From positions 67,858-131,857 of the forward strand of contig CAJFCJ010000076.1 of the NCBI GenBank assembly GCA_904063045.1: DNA of 64,000 nt, given 5' to 3'. The position numbers and the translations under genes were made by a program. The notes beneath the pieces are model-generated. The model did not search any database. It was not told where the DNA came from and worked only from the letters and a program-made list of their open reading frames with translations. The first letter of the stretch is position 1, and the number at the start of each line of letters is the position of its first letter. Positions 25,937 to 39,254 of the stretch are shown in pieces. The stretch comes from Dimorphilus gyrociliatus. Taxonomy: Eukaryota > Animalia > Annelida.

Positions 25937-28900
25937 ATGACAACAAAATGGTGCTCTTATCAATTTGGTTTATTTACTCTTCTATTTCCTTTAATTGATA
26001 GTTTTCTCTGTGACTTCAAAGGAAGAATATTGTCGCACAACCTAGACAGCGAGACTACAGCAAATTATTCAATGAGAATACTAAAAGAAGACAATGTATC
26101 TGTCTATGGCAAGATTTACATAAGTGTAACTCCAGCAAGGGAAAAGCAAAGTCTGGCCTTTGGTGTTGACATAACAGCTGAATTTCATAGAAAACTTTGT
26201 AGACATTTAGGTTATGATACTATACATTTTATTGCTGAAGTATGTGATCCACAGAATGGAAAGTATCACCTCGTCTTTTCACTTTTTTTATATTAAATTT
26301 TTAAAAATTAATTAAATAGAAACTTTAAAACTGATAATAGTAAATACTCAAGGAAAGCATGTTTTGTAAGATATCAGCAATAGAATATCTTATCTCTCAC
26401 TCTATAGATATATAACTGTTTCTTGTTTTTAACAGAAGAGCAATTGTCAACAAATATAGAACCATTGCTTCGTATTGTTTAAAATGCTTTAAAATTAAAT
26501 CTCCAAGTAAGAGTAGTATTATTGAATGTTTGGCAACAGGAAAAAATGTCCACTAGAATGCAAAATAGTTTGTCACCTGGTAGACATTTTATTCTGGATT
26601 CATTGAATTTTTGAATTAAGACTACTTTGCTATTTCTTGAATTTTGCAGTTGTGTTTGCAATTCTTAATACTCAATATCAAAAATACCTGCTTTTTGTTA
26701 GATATAAAATGAAAATCTATTTATTATTACAAAAAAAACATTCAAATAGAAGAATTTGTGACAAAATTCAATTTTATAAAAATAGATTGGATTTTGCAGT
26801 AATTGAAAACAAAAGATTTGCTGTACAGTTTACCAATGAAACAATGTTCTTGAAACTTGTTGAAAATTCTTCACTCACCTATGAAGTCATAAAATGCAGT
26901 AAAAATGAACTTCAAGGTGATTAAGCTATTGAAAAATAAAAAAAGACTGTCATTAATATAATAATTACTTTTTTTTAGATATTACGTCACTTCCTATGTC
27001 AGAATTTCATAAATTATTTATTTTTGAACAAAAATTACAAAATAGAATATCATTTATGTTTTTGTCAAAAACTCTTGGTTATTTTCCAGTTATAATTAAA
27101 GATTTAATTTCACATTCTCACAACAGCATTCGTTTGATGTGTAATATTGGAGGGAAAATACACCTTCCATTTTCAACAATTGTTGAAAGAATTGCAGAAA
27201 CATTTGGATCAAAATGCCCAACATTAAGTTACAATGTTGAGAATTTACAAGTTGGAATATTACGCAATTGTAAATGGAATACTGAACCATACAGTGGTTG
27301 CGAAATGCATTATGGATTTAAGATGGGTTATGTTATTGCTGGATATTGTCAAGAACATTTTAAAAAAAATACCAGTTTGAACATTAAATTCAATTTGTAT
27401 TTCTTTTGTAGTTTGTAAAAAAAATATGTCAGATGATACTTTTATGTTGTTCAACTCTATAAAAGAATATACATTGGCGGGAAACGAACGGGACCGAGAC
27501 ATCCTTCGTGGAATGCTCTTCCTATACCATAATAATTCTTGGTTCCGGCCAATCATTAAGAATTTAAAGAGTTTTGAGGTTGAAGCAGTCTGCGTATTGT
27601 TTGGTTATAAGAATGGTCTATTAATAAAGGGCAACAATTCTCTTGATCTAAGAATCAGGGCCCATTATGCTTTCACTTTATCTTGTCCAAATCCTTTGAG
27701 TATATCAGAATGTGTTAGAAAAGTTAATTATTCCTTTACAAGGTAAAAAAATAAATTCTAAATTTAAAGAAAAGACAAACTTTTTGATAGTCAGGATAAA
27801 TTTGGAGGTTCACCAAGCCTATACTCCCACTATAATATAGAGTGTAATGATAACGAAAGTAAAATGAGAAATAAGACAGATTCTTCAAACTAATAATCAA
27901 TTTTTTAATAGATATTAAATGCCAAAATAGAAATGCCTTTAATTTTGATAGTGGCTGTTACATTCATGTTGAATATAATAGAACAATGTCAATTGATGAT
28001 TCAGTAAAAGAATGTGAAAAGAGAAATTCATTTCTACCATATTTATCATTCAAAGAATATTCACTTTTACATTGGTTAACGAAAGGTGTTCAACAATCCA
28101 TTTTCACAATTAGCAGGATTATGCCCGGAAGTACGTAAACAGTATATATTTATATATATATATATATATAACTATTTCTTTAACAAACATATTGAAAGTA
28201 TTAAAATTGGTCAACGATTCAAGAGAACAACAGCATCTTGTATATGACGACATGAAACCGTACAACTTTCATGGTTTTACTCTCAATTTTCAAACAAGGT
28301 AAACAGTAATTTTGAAATAAAATATGATTAATTAATTAGGATATATTTTTCAAGATTTCTCGATTCCTGCTTCTCGTTATTCAGGCTAAAACCTTTCCAA
28401 ATGTTTTTTTATCCAAAATCCGATTTAAAATGCTTTTATTTAGAAAATATCAACAATCCTAGTTTAATATCATATATAACAGTCGATTTTAGTTGCCATC
28501 AAAGAATAATGAAAGATACTTTTTGTAAATTTCCATGTTAGTATGATTTTAGATTATGTTTTTTATGGAAAAGTAGACGCCTAATCCTTCTTATCGTAAA
28601 CAACAACAAAAAAATAGACGACTTCAACTTTTCGCTATCAATAGAAATGGAGAATAAAACTTTTGTTGGATGTAATGGAAATTTTTTTCATTGTATTGAA
28701 GATGGTCTATGTGTCAATTCGATAAATGTTTGCGATGGTGTGAAAGATTGCTTTTCCGGTGAAGATGAGAGAAATTGTTCAGATAATTCCGTATTCTTTT
28801 GCGATTTAAATACAACAATTCCTAGCCGATACGTTTGCGATTACGTCTACGATTGCCATAATAAACTGGACGAAATTTTTTGCAGTATGATATTTAAATT

Positions 28901-31900
28901 GTATAATCTATAAAACTTGTTTTTTTTTTTTCCATTTTCCATAAGAAATGACAGATTGTAATCTTCAATTTCGGTAAAAAGATAATATGAATACGTTGAT
29001 AGATTTTATATAAACTCACCATTTTTTTTTTTTAACACAGATGCGATAATATGCAATGTATCGATAAAAATCTAGTTTGCGATGATGAGAAACACTGTTT
29101 CGATTCAAGCGATGAAAAATGTTCAATAGAAGATTTTAATACTAATCATTTACCAAAAGAAGGTTTTCAATTGTAAAAAGTTCATTTTTATATTAATAAA
29201 ACATTTTCTAACTCACAAGTTTGTGAAAAATACAACAAATTTCAATGCGATAATAAGTGTATATCGAAGAGTAAAGTTTGCGATTTTTATTCTAATTGTT
29301 ACGATGAAAAAGATGAAAAGACTAGTGAATGCCAATCTTTGGATAAATTCAATAATTTTGATTGTTCCGCTTTAAAAAATTTGACAGAATTCAAATGTCA
29401 AGTTGTTTATACTTCGATGGGAAAGCTTTTAACTAAAGTACACTTCCCTTTCTTAGCTTTGGATGAATGTAATAGAAAAGATTGTCCAATTGGTCAATAC
29501 TTGTGTAAACTTAGTAAATACTGTATATCTATTAAACAAGTATGCGATGGAATTGTACATTGTACTCATTACGATGACGAATTTAATTGCGGTACAATCC
29601 TTTTACATAGTTTTTTTTAGCCAAACATCGCAAATAATACAAAGTACTCAATTGATAGAAAATTTTAGACCAAAAGGCTACTTAAAATGTAGAAATGAGC
29701 ATCTTTTTGTTCCTTTAAACAACATTTGCAATGGTATAATTGATTGTAAATTTGGAAATGATGAATTATATTGTAATTTAAGCATAAATTGCCCAAGTAA
29801 TTGTCTATGTAAACAATTTCACAGCATTGAATGTTCAATGAAAACTAATGAATTAAATCTAAAGACAATTCTTTCAAGTCATTTTAAAACTATAGAAATT
29901 TCAGACAAAGCCAATAATGTAAAATTTCCATCAATTGAAAATACTTTTGCAACTGTGTTGTCATTTCAAAATTCTTCAATTTTCAATTTTCAAATATCAA
30001 TTAATTTTCCAAATGTTATTTATCTGTCTTTTAAAGATTGTAAATCATTGAACATATCTAGAATACTTTTAAATCCATTAAACAATTTACAACAATTATA
30101 TATTAGAAATTCAATTATAAAAATGGATAATTTTACATCATTAAAAAATGCTAGAAATTTATTATCCATTAATTTTTATTCAATAAATTTGAATTATTTA
30201 AATGAAAAATTTTTGTTAAATTTAAGAAAACTTGAAAATTTAACAATTGAAAATTGTATTATAAATGATTTTCATAGAAATATATTCAATTCTTTAACGT
30301 CTCTTCAACGTTTATTATTAAAAAATACGAAAATACCAATGAAATATAAAAGTGCGTTGATAAAACCATTGAAATCTCTTCGAGTATTGCATAGTGAATA
30401 TTTTTCATTTTGCTGTTTTTCCTGGCAATATACAAAACATATTAAAAAGTGTTATCCAACGCAATCTTTATTCAATTCTTGTAGCGATCTCCTCGAATCG
30501 AAATCGCTTCGTTCAGTTCTTTGGATTCTATCAATTTGCGCTATCATTGAAAATTTTATATCAATTTGTTTTAGAGGATTAATTTCGAAAAAGCAGAAAA
30601 ATTGGTTTCATTTGACCTTGTCCCTTGCTGATTTTTGTACATCAATATACTTGCTTATTGTTGGAAGTGTTGACGCATTCTACAGAGGTGAATATATAGA
30701 AAATGATTACAATTGGAGAAATAGCGTCTTCTGTAAAGCAATTGGATGGTTTTGCAGTTGGTCAATATTACTATCATCTCAGAGTCTTTTTCTAATAACA
30801 GTAGAAAGATATGCAATTATCGTTCATCCATTCAAGAGAATATTTGCAAGACCAATAATATTTATATTCATTGCTATTATGTTTATAATTGCAGGACTGA
30901 TATCGGCAATTCCATTATTTGCATATAATGTAAGGGCTAGAAATACTGGAAGATAAATAAGTTATGATATTTTATGTCCAATATATTAGACGTTCTATTC
31001 CAAAAGTCCAGTTTGTTTTACCTTGCACATCTCTAGTGAAAAGGTAGAAGGATGGCTGTATTCTTTTCTAGTTTTTGGGATATTAATGTCCGTTACGTGC
31101 TTAGTCATTTTTGGTTTATATTTAAGAATTTGGAGAGAGACGCTCAAGGCAAAACAACTAATCAATAACAAAGAATTTTATAAAAATCAGCAGAAAAAGT
31201 TCAAATTAAATATATTTTTAATAGTAACAACAAATTTATGTTGCTGGTTTCCGGTTTCAGTTTTAGGTATACCCCTTTTTTAAACATCTTATGTAAAGTT
31301 ATTTCACCTCAATTAACTCAATTCTCTTCTATTACATGAAATGGAACAGGAGTATACACTACATTCTTTAATTTAATTATTAAGAAAGATATCTATGTTG
31401 CCATAGTGATTGTTATATTACCTTTAAACTCTGTTATAAATCCACTATTATATACTCTAAGAGATATAAAGCTCTATTACTCATCATTGAGACAGAAGGG
31501 AGAAAAGAAGATGTAATTAAATATAGATTTTATTAAATGATAATTAATCTTAACTTTTACAGATTGAATCAAATTAATGACGTCGTAGCGTTAAATCTTT
31601 CAAATTGTTTTTATTAGAATAACATAAAAATAAAACTAGTTAGGAAATTTCAATACTGTTTTCTCTTTTCCAGATTTATCATATATTCAATTATTGAATA
31701 ATTGCTTAGTGGATAAAAATTCACTAATCTTTTTAGAAAGACTTAGGAATAATCAAAAATTTTACAAAATGGAAAATATTTATGAAATTGGAAGAGATAT
31801 TTGCAAACTTTTAAAAGTTGCTCATAAAAACAATCTCTCTTACAATGGTTTTATTGATTTTTCAAATATTTACCTAATTGTTTGTATATTGTTTTATTTA

Positions 31901-32079
31901 TTCATTTTAGAATGACTTTTCTCCATATTATATCTTTGTAGGTAAATAGAAATGGTAAATTTTATAATTTAACAACTAAACATCTGGTTTCCGCAAAGGA
32001 AGAGGAATTAAAGAAAGATATGATCAGTTTTGGTACATTTTTAAAGAAAGTCCTTCAAAAACGGATACACTTCATTTAG
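25937..32079 (+). CDS. GRL101: GRL101-like receptor 1: signal peptide, divergent SRCR-like domains, C-type-lectin-like domain, 6 LDLa, LRRs, class A 7TM, and a kinase-like cytoplasmic tail
   Basis: Signal-like MTTKWCSYQFGLFTLLF; SRCR-like LCRHLGY and VCVLFGY; CTLD-like GCYIH...KECEKR; six LDLa (e.g. VCDGVKDCFSGEDERNC); LRRs; 7TM motifs LADF, ITVERY, LCCWFP, NSVINPLLY; three tail exons 31563-31606, 31674-31879, 31942-32079. The N-terminal exon boundaries are approximate and the symbol denotes the family only. Confidence 0.8.
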
Positions 32080-32149
32080 ATTATAATTTTGCTGATATGA
32101 CAAATTTTTTCATTTAATAAATAATTAATGTCATTAGTAAAATAATTTA

Positions 32150-32510
32150 AATTAGTATAAAAAGACTCCAAATAGACTTCTTCCAATTCCTTCTAAAAAC
32201 CATAAAAGACAAATATATCCATATATGAAATATACTTATCAAATTTTGGTACCAAAGAGAATTTTCAACTTTTCAAGCTCATTCGTAAATGTCATGATAA
32301 AGAAGAAATCATCAAAGAAAACATTTCTTAAAATTAGAGTGCTTTCTAAAATATCTTGCTTTGCTCTGTTGTCCTTTGTAGTTTTAAAGAATTCTATCAA
32401 GTATTTAGCCTTCTAAGGGAAGAATTACAGGGGACCAATGATTTAAAATCATTAAACATTGAAATGTTTTCCCTCTTCCAGTTTCAGTAGATTATTGTTT
32501 TCTTTTTAAA
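32150..32510 (-). pseudogene. Possible NACHT P-loop remnant
   Basis: ETGRGKTFQCLMILNHW (Walker A-like), with a weak Walker-B-like LLWFLEGIG downstream; multiple stops. Confidence 0.4.
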
Positions 32511-32829
32511 AATGCGAGCCTGCAGCAATATAAGAAAGATAAGAAAGGTCTAATTCATCAATTATTCTTCTTCTAATGTCAACATACACCATTCTCTCTT
32601 CAATACTAGCAATAGAACTATACATCTATGTGAGCTATTATTTGAACAATCCATCAACAGAAGATGTTGTCTTTTTGAAGAAAGAAGCCCTCCTCAATTT
32701 CATTTATTCTTACCAAAATTAAGGCTTAACAAAAGCTTAAGGACTAGACAGGAGAAAAGACTTTATGGACTGTATGGTTAGGGCTAAAAATTTAGAAAAT
32801 GTACTTTTTACTTGAAATTAAATGATAAG

Positions 32830-33900
32830 CTAATCATAGAATTTGGCAAACTGAATGTAGACTTATTTCTCCATCTGGATAGGGTGTCAGTAATGTAGTA
32901 TCAAATTGCATTGGTTCTGCTTCTGCTGTTCTCTGTCCCCTAATTCTGTCTTGAGGCATTCGTACACTTGAACTACCAACTTGCATTTCATGACTTGAAT
33001 TTCCATACTTAGTGGAGTTTTCAGGAGATTTTAATAAAACATACTGGTCGTGTTTCATAACCAAAGCTTCACTATCAATAGTAGCACCAAAATTCTTTGT
33101 TCTCTCTCTGTATATTCTTCCATTTTTAGCATTAACTCACTAATTTCCTTGTCATCTTTAATTGTTTTATTGGTAGAGGGGTCATTTCCTGCACTAGACA
33201 TAGTAAGAAGATGAGGATCCTGCAACTGCATCAAGTATGTGCTTTCCTGAAGTAGGGTTGTAGGTAAGTATTGATCCAAATAGAGCGAAATTATAAATGA
33301 ACCCCTTGGAAAGGATATTTGAGTGTGCCCACTTTATACAATTTGAGCTATTCTGACAAACTTTTCCCAGTCATAAGAGTATGGCCTAAGAAGAAGGATT
33401 TGAGTTGTCTATAATATACCTTATCCTATTCCTTGTGAAGGCATTTGGTTTGGCATCTGTATTTTGTATCTGTCTGAATACTGCATTGTTGTCTGTGTGA
33501 AAGGTAACCTCTATTCTTTCATAATGAATTCACATGGTTGACACAATTCATCTGGATTTTTTAATAGAAAATACTATTACAAATATAATTTTTATCATCT
33601 TTCACTTCATAATAATGTGACACTTTCATTCAGAGCTAAAGGAAATATAAATCTACAATTGAATACAACTGTTGATGAGCATCCTGAATAAAATGGTACA
33701 CTAAATATGAAACAGTTTTCTTGTTGAATATTTATATATTAACTCCATTTCAGAATCAAATAAAACCACTTCAACAGTTCCATTTGAAAAAACAAAGTCA
33801 TCTATAGTATCTTCTCTAATTCCAGAAAGATCAACTAATCGTCTAATAGGTACTATTTTTGAGAATACATTGGAAACAGATGCCATGGCATAACCATCAA
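32830..33900 (-). mobile_element. BEL/Pao LTR-retrotransposon remnant
   Basis: IVPIRR...VLFDSE and FHTDNNAV..IQN...FTRNRIRYI (Pao RNase H-like); HDQYVLLKSPE...PYPDGEI (integrase C-terminus-like). Confidence 0.6.
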
Positions 33901-34005
33901 CTCAAAGATATATAACGTCACATGATCATGGTGAAAATGAATGAATTTCATTGTATCTCTTGCATTTGAGAATGTGACAGGCAAAGTTTATCAATTACCA
34001 TGCAT

Positions 34006-34212
34006 GGATGCGACAGAAAACGTCCACAAATTGGTGCTTTTACCCTAACCCTAACCCAGCCCTCGGCTGTTTCTAACTTTTTCCATTAGCCCTAACCCTT
34101 AGAGGAGACCCTCCTAAGTACAAATCAGTTGCTCTCTTCTTCTTCCTAACCATTTCTTAATCCAAAATTTAGTCTTGAAATTTCTCATTTGTGGACATTT
34201 TCTATCGACCCC
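34006..34212 (+). mobile_element. MITE family A
   Basis: Same TIRs and TAACCC core; degenerate 9-bp TSD ACCATGCAT / AACATGCAG. Confidence 0.85.
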
Positions 34213-34481
34213 AACATGCAGATATAATATCATAATGATAAAGTCAAAAAATGTACTCTCTGTAATGGAAGACTCCTCTGTTGCATTGAAATATCTGTCA
34301 AGATGCAATATGATAATCTTTTCACAAACGCAGAAATCTTTTGCAGAAATGAAGAGATAACAATAAAATCCATTAGCCATATGATAATATGGAATAAGCT
34401 ATTGTTGAACTTCTGAAAACAAATAAATGTAAACTGTTAAACAAACTTACTTTGTTTAAAGCAGCCTATTAATTTACAGTT

Positions 34482-35207
34482 TTGCCTGTGAAAACAGATT
34501 CTCTGCCAAATGTTGATTATTCGAAAAGAGTGGCTAATTTTACAAGGCAAAAACTAAGGCCAAGTGAACCAAAAGAAGTACACTTTTATTTAAATACAGA
34601 TTTCATCCCAGATGATTTTTTGAAAGATGCCATCTGTGAAAATAAAGAGAGAATTCTTATTTTTGGTAGCAGCCATCAACTTAATTTGCTTGGTCAGTCA
34701 AAACACTGGTTCATTGATGGGACATTTAAAATGGTAAAGGATCCTTTTTATCAGCTCTTATCTATATGCAGCTATGTCCAGAAAGATGGTGAAATGAAAC
34801 ATATTCCATTGGCATTTATTTTTATGACATCAAAGAAAAGAAAGAGTTATAAAAAAGCATTTAAGGTATCATTTTGAGAAATTCATTCTTTAACTACTTT
34901 CAGATGAATGTTTCATTCTTCAGAGTGTCAGACACATGACTGGTATGCCACAGCCTGAGAAGATGACAATTAATTTTGAGATGGGTCTGTGGAGAGCTGT
35001 ATCCAAAATATATTCGGAATCACAAATTCATGGATGTGTATTCCATTTTATATAGCAAGCAATATATAGGAAAATACAGGTAAAACATTTAATTTAACCT
35101 TTAAGGTTTGTCTTTACAATTATGATCCATCAAGTCCCTTGGATACTCTGGAAAGTATATGGAGAACGGAGAGGACTGGAGAGACATGAGAAAGCTGATG
35201 GCTTTAC
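34482..35207 (+). mobile_element. MULE transposase fragment with two introns, cut by an assembly gap
   Basis: WFIDGTFKMVKDPFYQL...KKAFK|gt; GCVFHFI*QAIYRKIQ|gt..ag; MRKLMAL followed by Ns. Confidence 0.85.
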
Positions 35208-35217
35208 NNNNNNNNNN
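35208..35217. other. Assembly gap (10 N)
   Basis: The run of n joins the MULE fragment to receptor 2. Confidence 0.99.
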
Positions 35218-35249
35218 ATTTGACTCAAATATTTCCCTTCTTCCAGACT

Positions 35250-38043
35250 GTAATCCGGTAAACCAGTATAAATGCAATGAAGAGTGTTTCCCAAGAACTA
35301 TAGTTTGTGACCAAATCCAGAATTGTATTTCTTCAGGAGATGAACAGGAAGATATTTGCAAAAACTTAATCCATCCAAATTCTTATACAGATAGAGATTT
35401 TCATTATAGCTCTTTTGGAAATGTTTATGTTAAAATTCCAAATATTTATAGATTTGCCCTAACAGAAAATAAAACCTGTAAAATTGGTTTCTATAAATGT
35501 ATATTTCAAGAATTTTGCATTTCAATTGAGTTGCTTTGCGATGGAATTAATCATTGTTTTTTAAAAGATGACGAAACTAGTTGCGGTAGATAAAAAAAAT
35601 CAATCAAAACAAACCAATGTGAAATATAATTTTTTTAAGAAAACTTACATTTTTATGGTTATTTCAAATGTCAAAATCAGAGTTATTTTCTAGAAATATC
35701 AAGGATTTGTGACGGTATCGTTGATTGTCGGCTTGGAAGCGATGAAATTTTTTGTGGAAATGAATCAGAATTACCTAAAAATTGTTTACAATTGTTGCCT
35801 TTTGAATTGGAATGTCAACTTTTACAAACAAAAGAAAACAAAAATAAACTAAGTGTTGTCCCAGAAATTTTTTTAACTGATTTTTTCAAAAGAGTCAACA
35901 TTTATGGAAATTTCAATATAAAAAATAAAAATAGATTAATTAATTTAATTATTTTAAAAATTGAAAACAACTTCCGGTTGCAAAATCATAAATTATCAAT
36001 TCCAAATCTGGTTTTCCTTTCTTTAAAAATGAATAACATTACAAACTTGAATTTCATCATAGATAAATATCATAATAATCTTTTACAATATCTTGACGTA
36101 TCCCATAATCCAATTTATTCAATTCAAGAATTAAATAGTCTGTTTAGTAAATTTCTGCTATACTTGGATATTTCATATACAAAAATTTCAGTATTATTAA
36201 ATCACCATTTTAATGGCACAACTCATATAAAAGTGTTTAGAGTTAAACATTGCAATATAAAAAAAATTGAATTAAACAATGCAAAGTTTTTAGAAAGTTT
36301 ATTTGAATTGAATTTTCAACATTCAAAATATTCTTTTAATATTGAGTTTCCTTTTCAAAAAATGACAAATTTAAAAATTTTCTACGCAAATAATTTTCGT
36401 ATTTGTTGTAAAATTTGGAAAGTAATAGGCAATTTTGTAAAATGTCAACCTTCTACTTCACTATTTAGTACATGTTCAAATATTTTAAGTTCAAATTTAT
36501 TGAAATATATGTTTTGGGGTTGTGGATTAATTGGGAATATTGCCAATATATTTTCATTATTTGTCATTATATTTTCAAAGTTTAAAGGAAAATTTTACAA
36601 GTGTAGTTTAACAATTGGAAATTGTTTCACCTCTGTCTATATGATTTTGATTTCAATTGTTGATTCTTACTATAATGAACGATATTTGGAGAATGAAAAG
36701 TATTGGAAAAATAGTATTTTATGCCAATTTTGCGGTGTTTTAATGACTTCCGGTTTACTTATATCCAGTTGTAGCCTATTGTTTATGTCAATTGACAGAA
36801 TTTTAGTGATAAAAAATCCATTTCAAATTTCAAGATTTTCAGATTTTTCAATAATAATATCAATTTTAATTATTATTCTTAGTTGTTTACTAAGTCTCTT
36901 ACCAGTTTTCATATATAAAGTTTCAATTTTTTGTTCTTTTGCTTTAAATAGATTATAATAGGCAACTTTTCTTTTTTTCCAGGATTATCATTCTCAATAT
37001 TCAATTTGTTTTAATATTCAAATTGGTGGTAAAAATTTTACTGGATGGATATTTTCAACTATTGTTTTTGGTTTTTTTGAATTTTTAATAAATTTAATAA
37101 CTTTAATAATTAATTTAATCCTATTAAAATAATTATTAAATCATTAAAAATGAAAAATAGTATTAAGAATAGAACTGTTAAAAAATCATTTGTTTTTGCT
37201 ATACTAACAAATGTTTTATGTTGGTTTCCACTTTCAATTTTAGGTTGATATAACATTTTTTTTTTAAAAAAAACAAAAGTAAACTTTTTTGTTTTTTTTT
37301 TTTTGTCAATAGTTTTTTCATCAACACTAAAAGAATTGACATTGCGTAATAACGCTAAAGTTTTACTTGTTATATTCCTTATTCCTATTAATTCTGTAGT
37401 AAATCCATTTATCTTTACAACAACTTCAATATATCAATTTTATAATATAAAGAAAGATGAATTATTAAAGAGAGGGTTTGATAATTTTTTTTCTCTATTT
37501 AATCATATAAAAAATTATCCTACTACTAAACAGGAAGGAGAATGTAGAAGATGTTGAATTGGCAGTTAGAAAAAAATGTTAGTAGGCCTAGTTTTGTTTT
37601 TGTCAATTCACCTATCAATTAGAAATTTAATTTTTTTTTAGTTATCTCATGCTTAAATGATTATGATGATTTTCATATATGTTTTACACAACTATTTAGA
37701 AGGTTACCATCTTCCAACTCCTCAATAGAGTACTATTTATTTAAAGATAACAACTATTTTCAATGTATTAAACAAATTTCGATTGCCTGTTGCTTTTTAC
37801 ATTCACAACTGGTATCATTTGGAGGATTATTAACATTGGATAATATCATTTATCATGTAAAATAAATACAAAAAAAATGAAAGAAAAAAAAATTTTTTTA
37901 TTTTTTAGACAGAAAAACGGAAATTTTATGTTTATTGGAAAAAGTATAAAATTTTTGGTAATTTTCATGAAATTAATGATATTTATGCATTTGGAAAATT
38001 CATTCAACATATTCTATATTTGAGAAAACAACTTTTAAATTAG
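35250..38043 (+). CDS. GRL101: GRL101-like receptor 2 (5' part lost in the gap): at least 3 LDLa, LRRs, 7TM and a kinase-like tail; one apparent 1-bp frameshift at ~37130
   Basis: LDLa units (VCDQIQNC..GDE, LCDGINHC..DDE, ICDGIVDC..SDE); LRRs; MSIDR, LCWFP, NSVVNPFIF; tail exons 37534-37577, 37642-37856, 37909-38043. The frame shifts in an A-run of TM5-ICL3. The symbol denotes the family only. Confidence 0.75.
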
Positions 38044-38692
38044 CAAGAAATTTCTGAACAAAAAAAGTTTTCTCTGATTATTTTCTAAAATTTTTTCTTT
38101 TTGTCTTTTGTATGATTCTTTTGATATAATACAAAACTTTTTTCTGTTGGTATCAGATAGTGTTTAGTCATATCTCAACTGAATGTTTGCAATTTTAGGT
38201 TACTTATTGTATACTGTGTAAATTAGTAAACACAGAACAATTGCTCATTTTTTAAACAATATACTCAGGGCTATGTTTAGTATTTGTTTTTTTTTGTTGA
38301 TTTCCTACCTACAAGACCTACGGTGTTTTCATCTCTTTCATAATTTATATAATACTCTTTAGGGTCAGTTACTGAAATGTTTTAAAGAGGTTTTAGGGTC
38401 AGGTATCCAAAAATGGTGTCGATTAAGGCATAACAAGTATATTTGAAGCTTTGATAATTCTTTGTATTTGGTCTCAAAAGTATATACTGGTCCCATCAGG
38501 CGTACGCAGAAAAGACTATACTGCAACAGAATCCAATGGAAGATAATTCACCTTTCCACTCACTCAATGTACAAAGAAGAACTGAAACAGTTCTTGATAT
38601 TTTCAATAGGCTTGTTAGTGTTATACTGTCAGCATCATTCCATTTCTTTGAAATATCACCCAATACTGCACCCAGGCGCAGCAAACACATAT

Positions 38693-38858
38693 GGGGTCGA
38701 CAGAAAACGTCCACAACTGAGAAATTTCAAGACTAGATTTTGGATTGAGAAATGGTTAGGAAGAAGAAGACAGCAACTGATATATACTTAGGAGGGTCTC
38801 CTCTAAGGGTTAGGGTTAGGGTAAAAGCACTGATTTGTGGACGTTTTCTGTCGCATCC
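38693..38858 (-). mobile_element. MITE family A (internally shortened, inverted)
   Basis: GGGGTCGACAGAAAACGTCCACAA...TAGGGTTAGGGTTAGGG...TTTGTGGACGTTTTCTGTCGCATCC. Confidence 0.85.
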
Positions 38859-39254
38859 ATTTTAAAATTTTAAGGATAAGGGTCCTTTGAGATTTTCATC
38901 CCGAAGTGTGGAGATTTTGTCCAAATTATTCTTTTTATAACTCTGAATACTAACAAACTACCAAAACCCTTTTTTTTTAATTCAGTAAATTTAAAGGAAA
39001 TCATAGCAGAGCAGGAAAAAAGAACTGTGAGAAGAAGATAATATGTGGAATTTTATGACATAGTTCCTGATGTGCAAAACCAGATTCAATAAAATTTGTA
39101 AACAATTCCTTTTTCAAATTTTTCTTCAACTTATTATTGGATGATAATATTTTCCTTGTTCTGCTAATTCCAAATCAGATTGTTTTTCAAACAAAGTTGA
39201 TGGTGAGAGTGGTTGCTGAAAACAAGTGTCTGTTAAAAAAATACAACTATTTAT

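Noticed and set aside
28124-28150. (AT)n tract; also (GA)n at ~55175
   Set aside because: Ordinary microsatellites.
35159-35593. 144-aa ORF as a transposase-LDLa fusion
   Set aside because: It reads through the 10-N assembly gap, so the junction is artificial.
38800-38830. TTAGGG repeats as a telomere or chromosome-fusion site
   Set aside because: Only 2-3 units, and they are an internal part of MITE family A.
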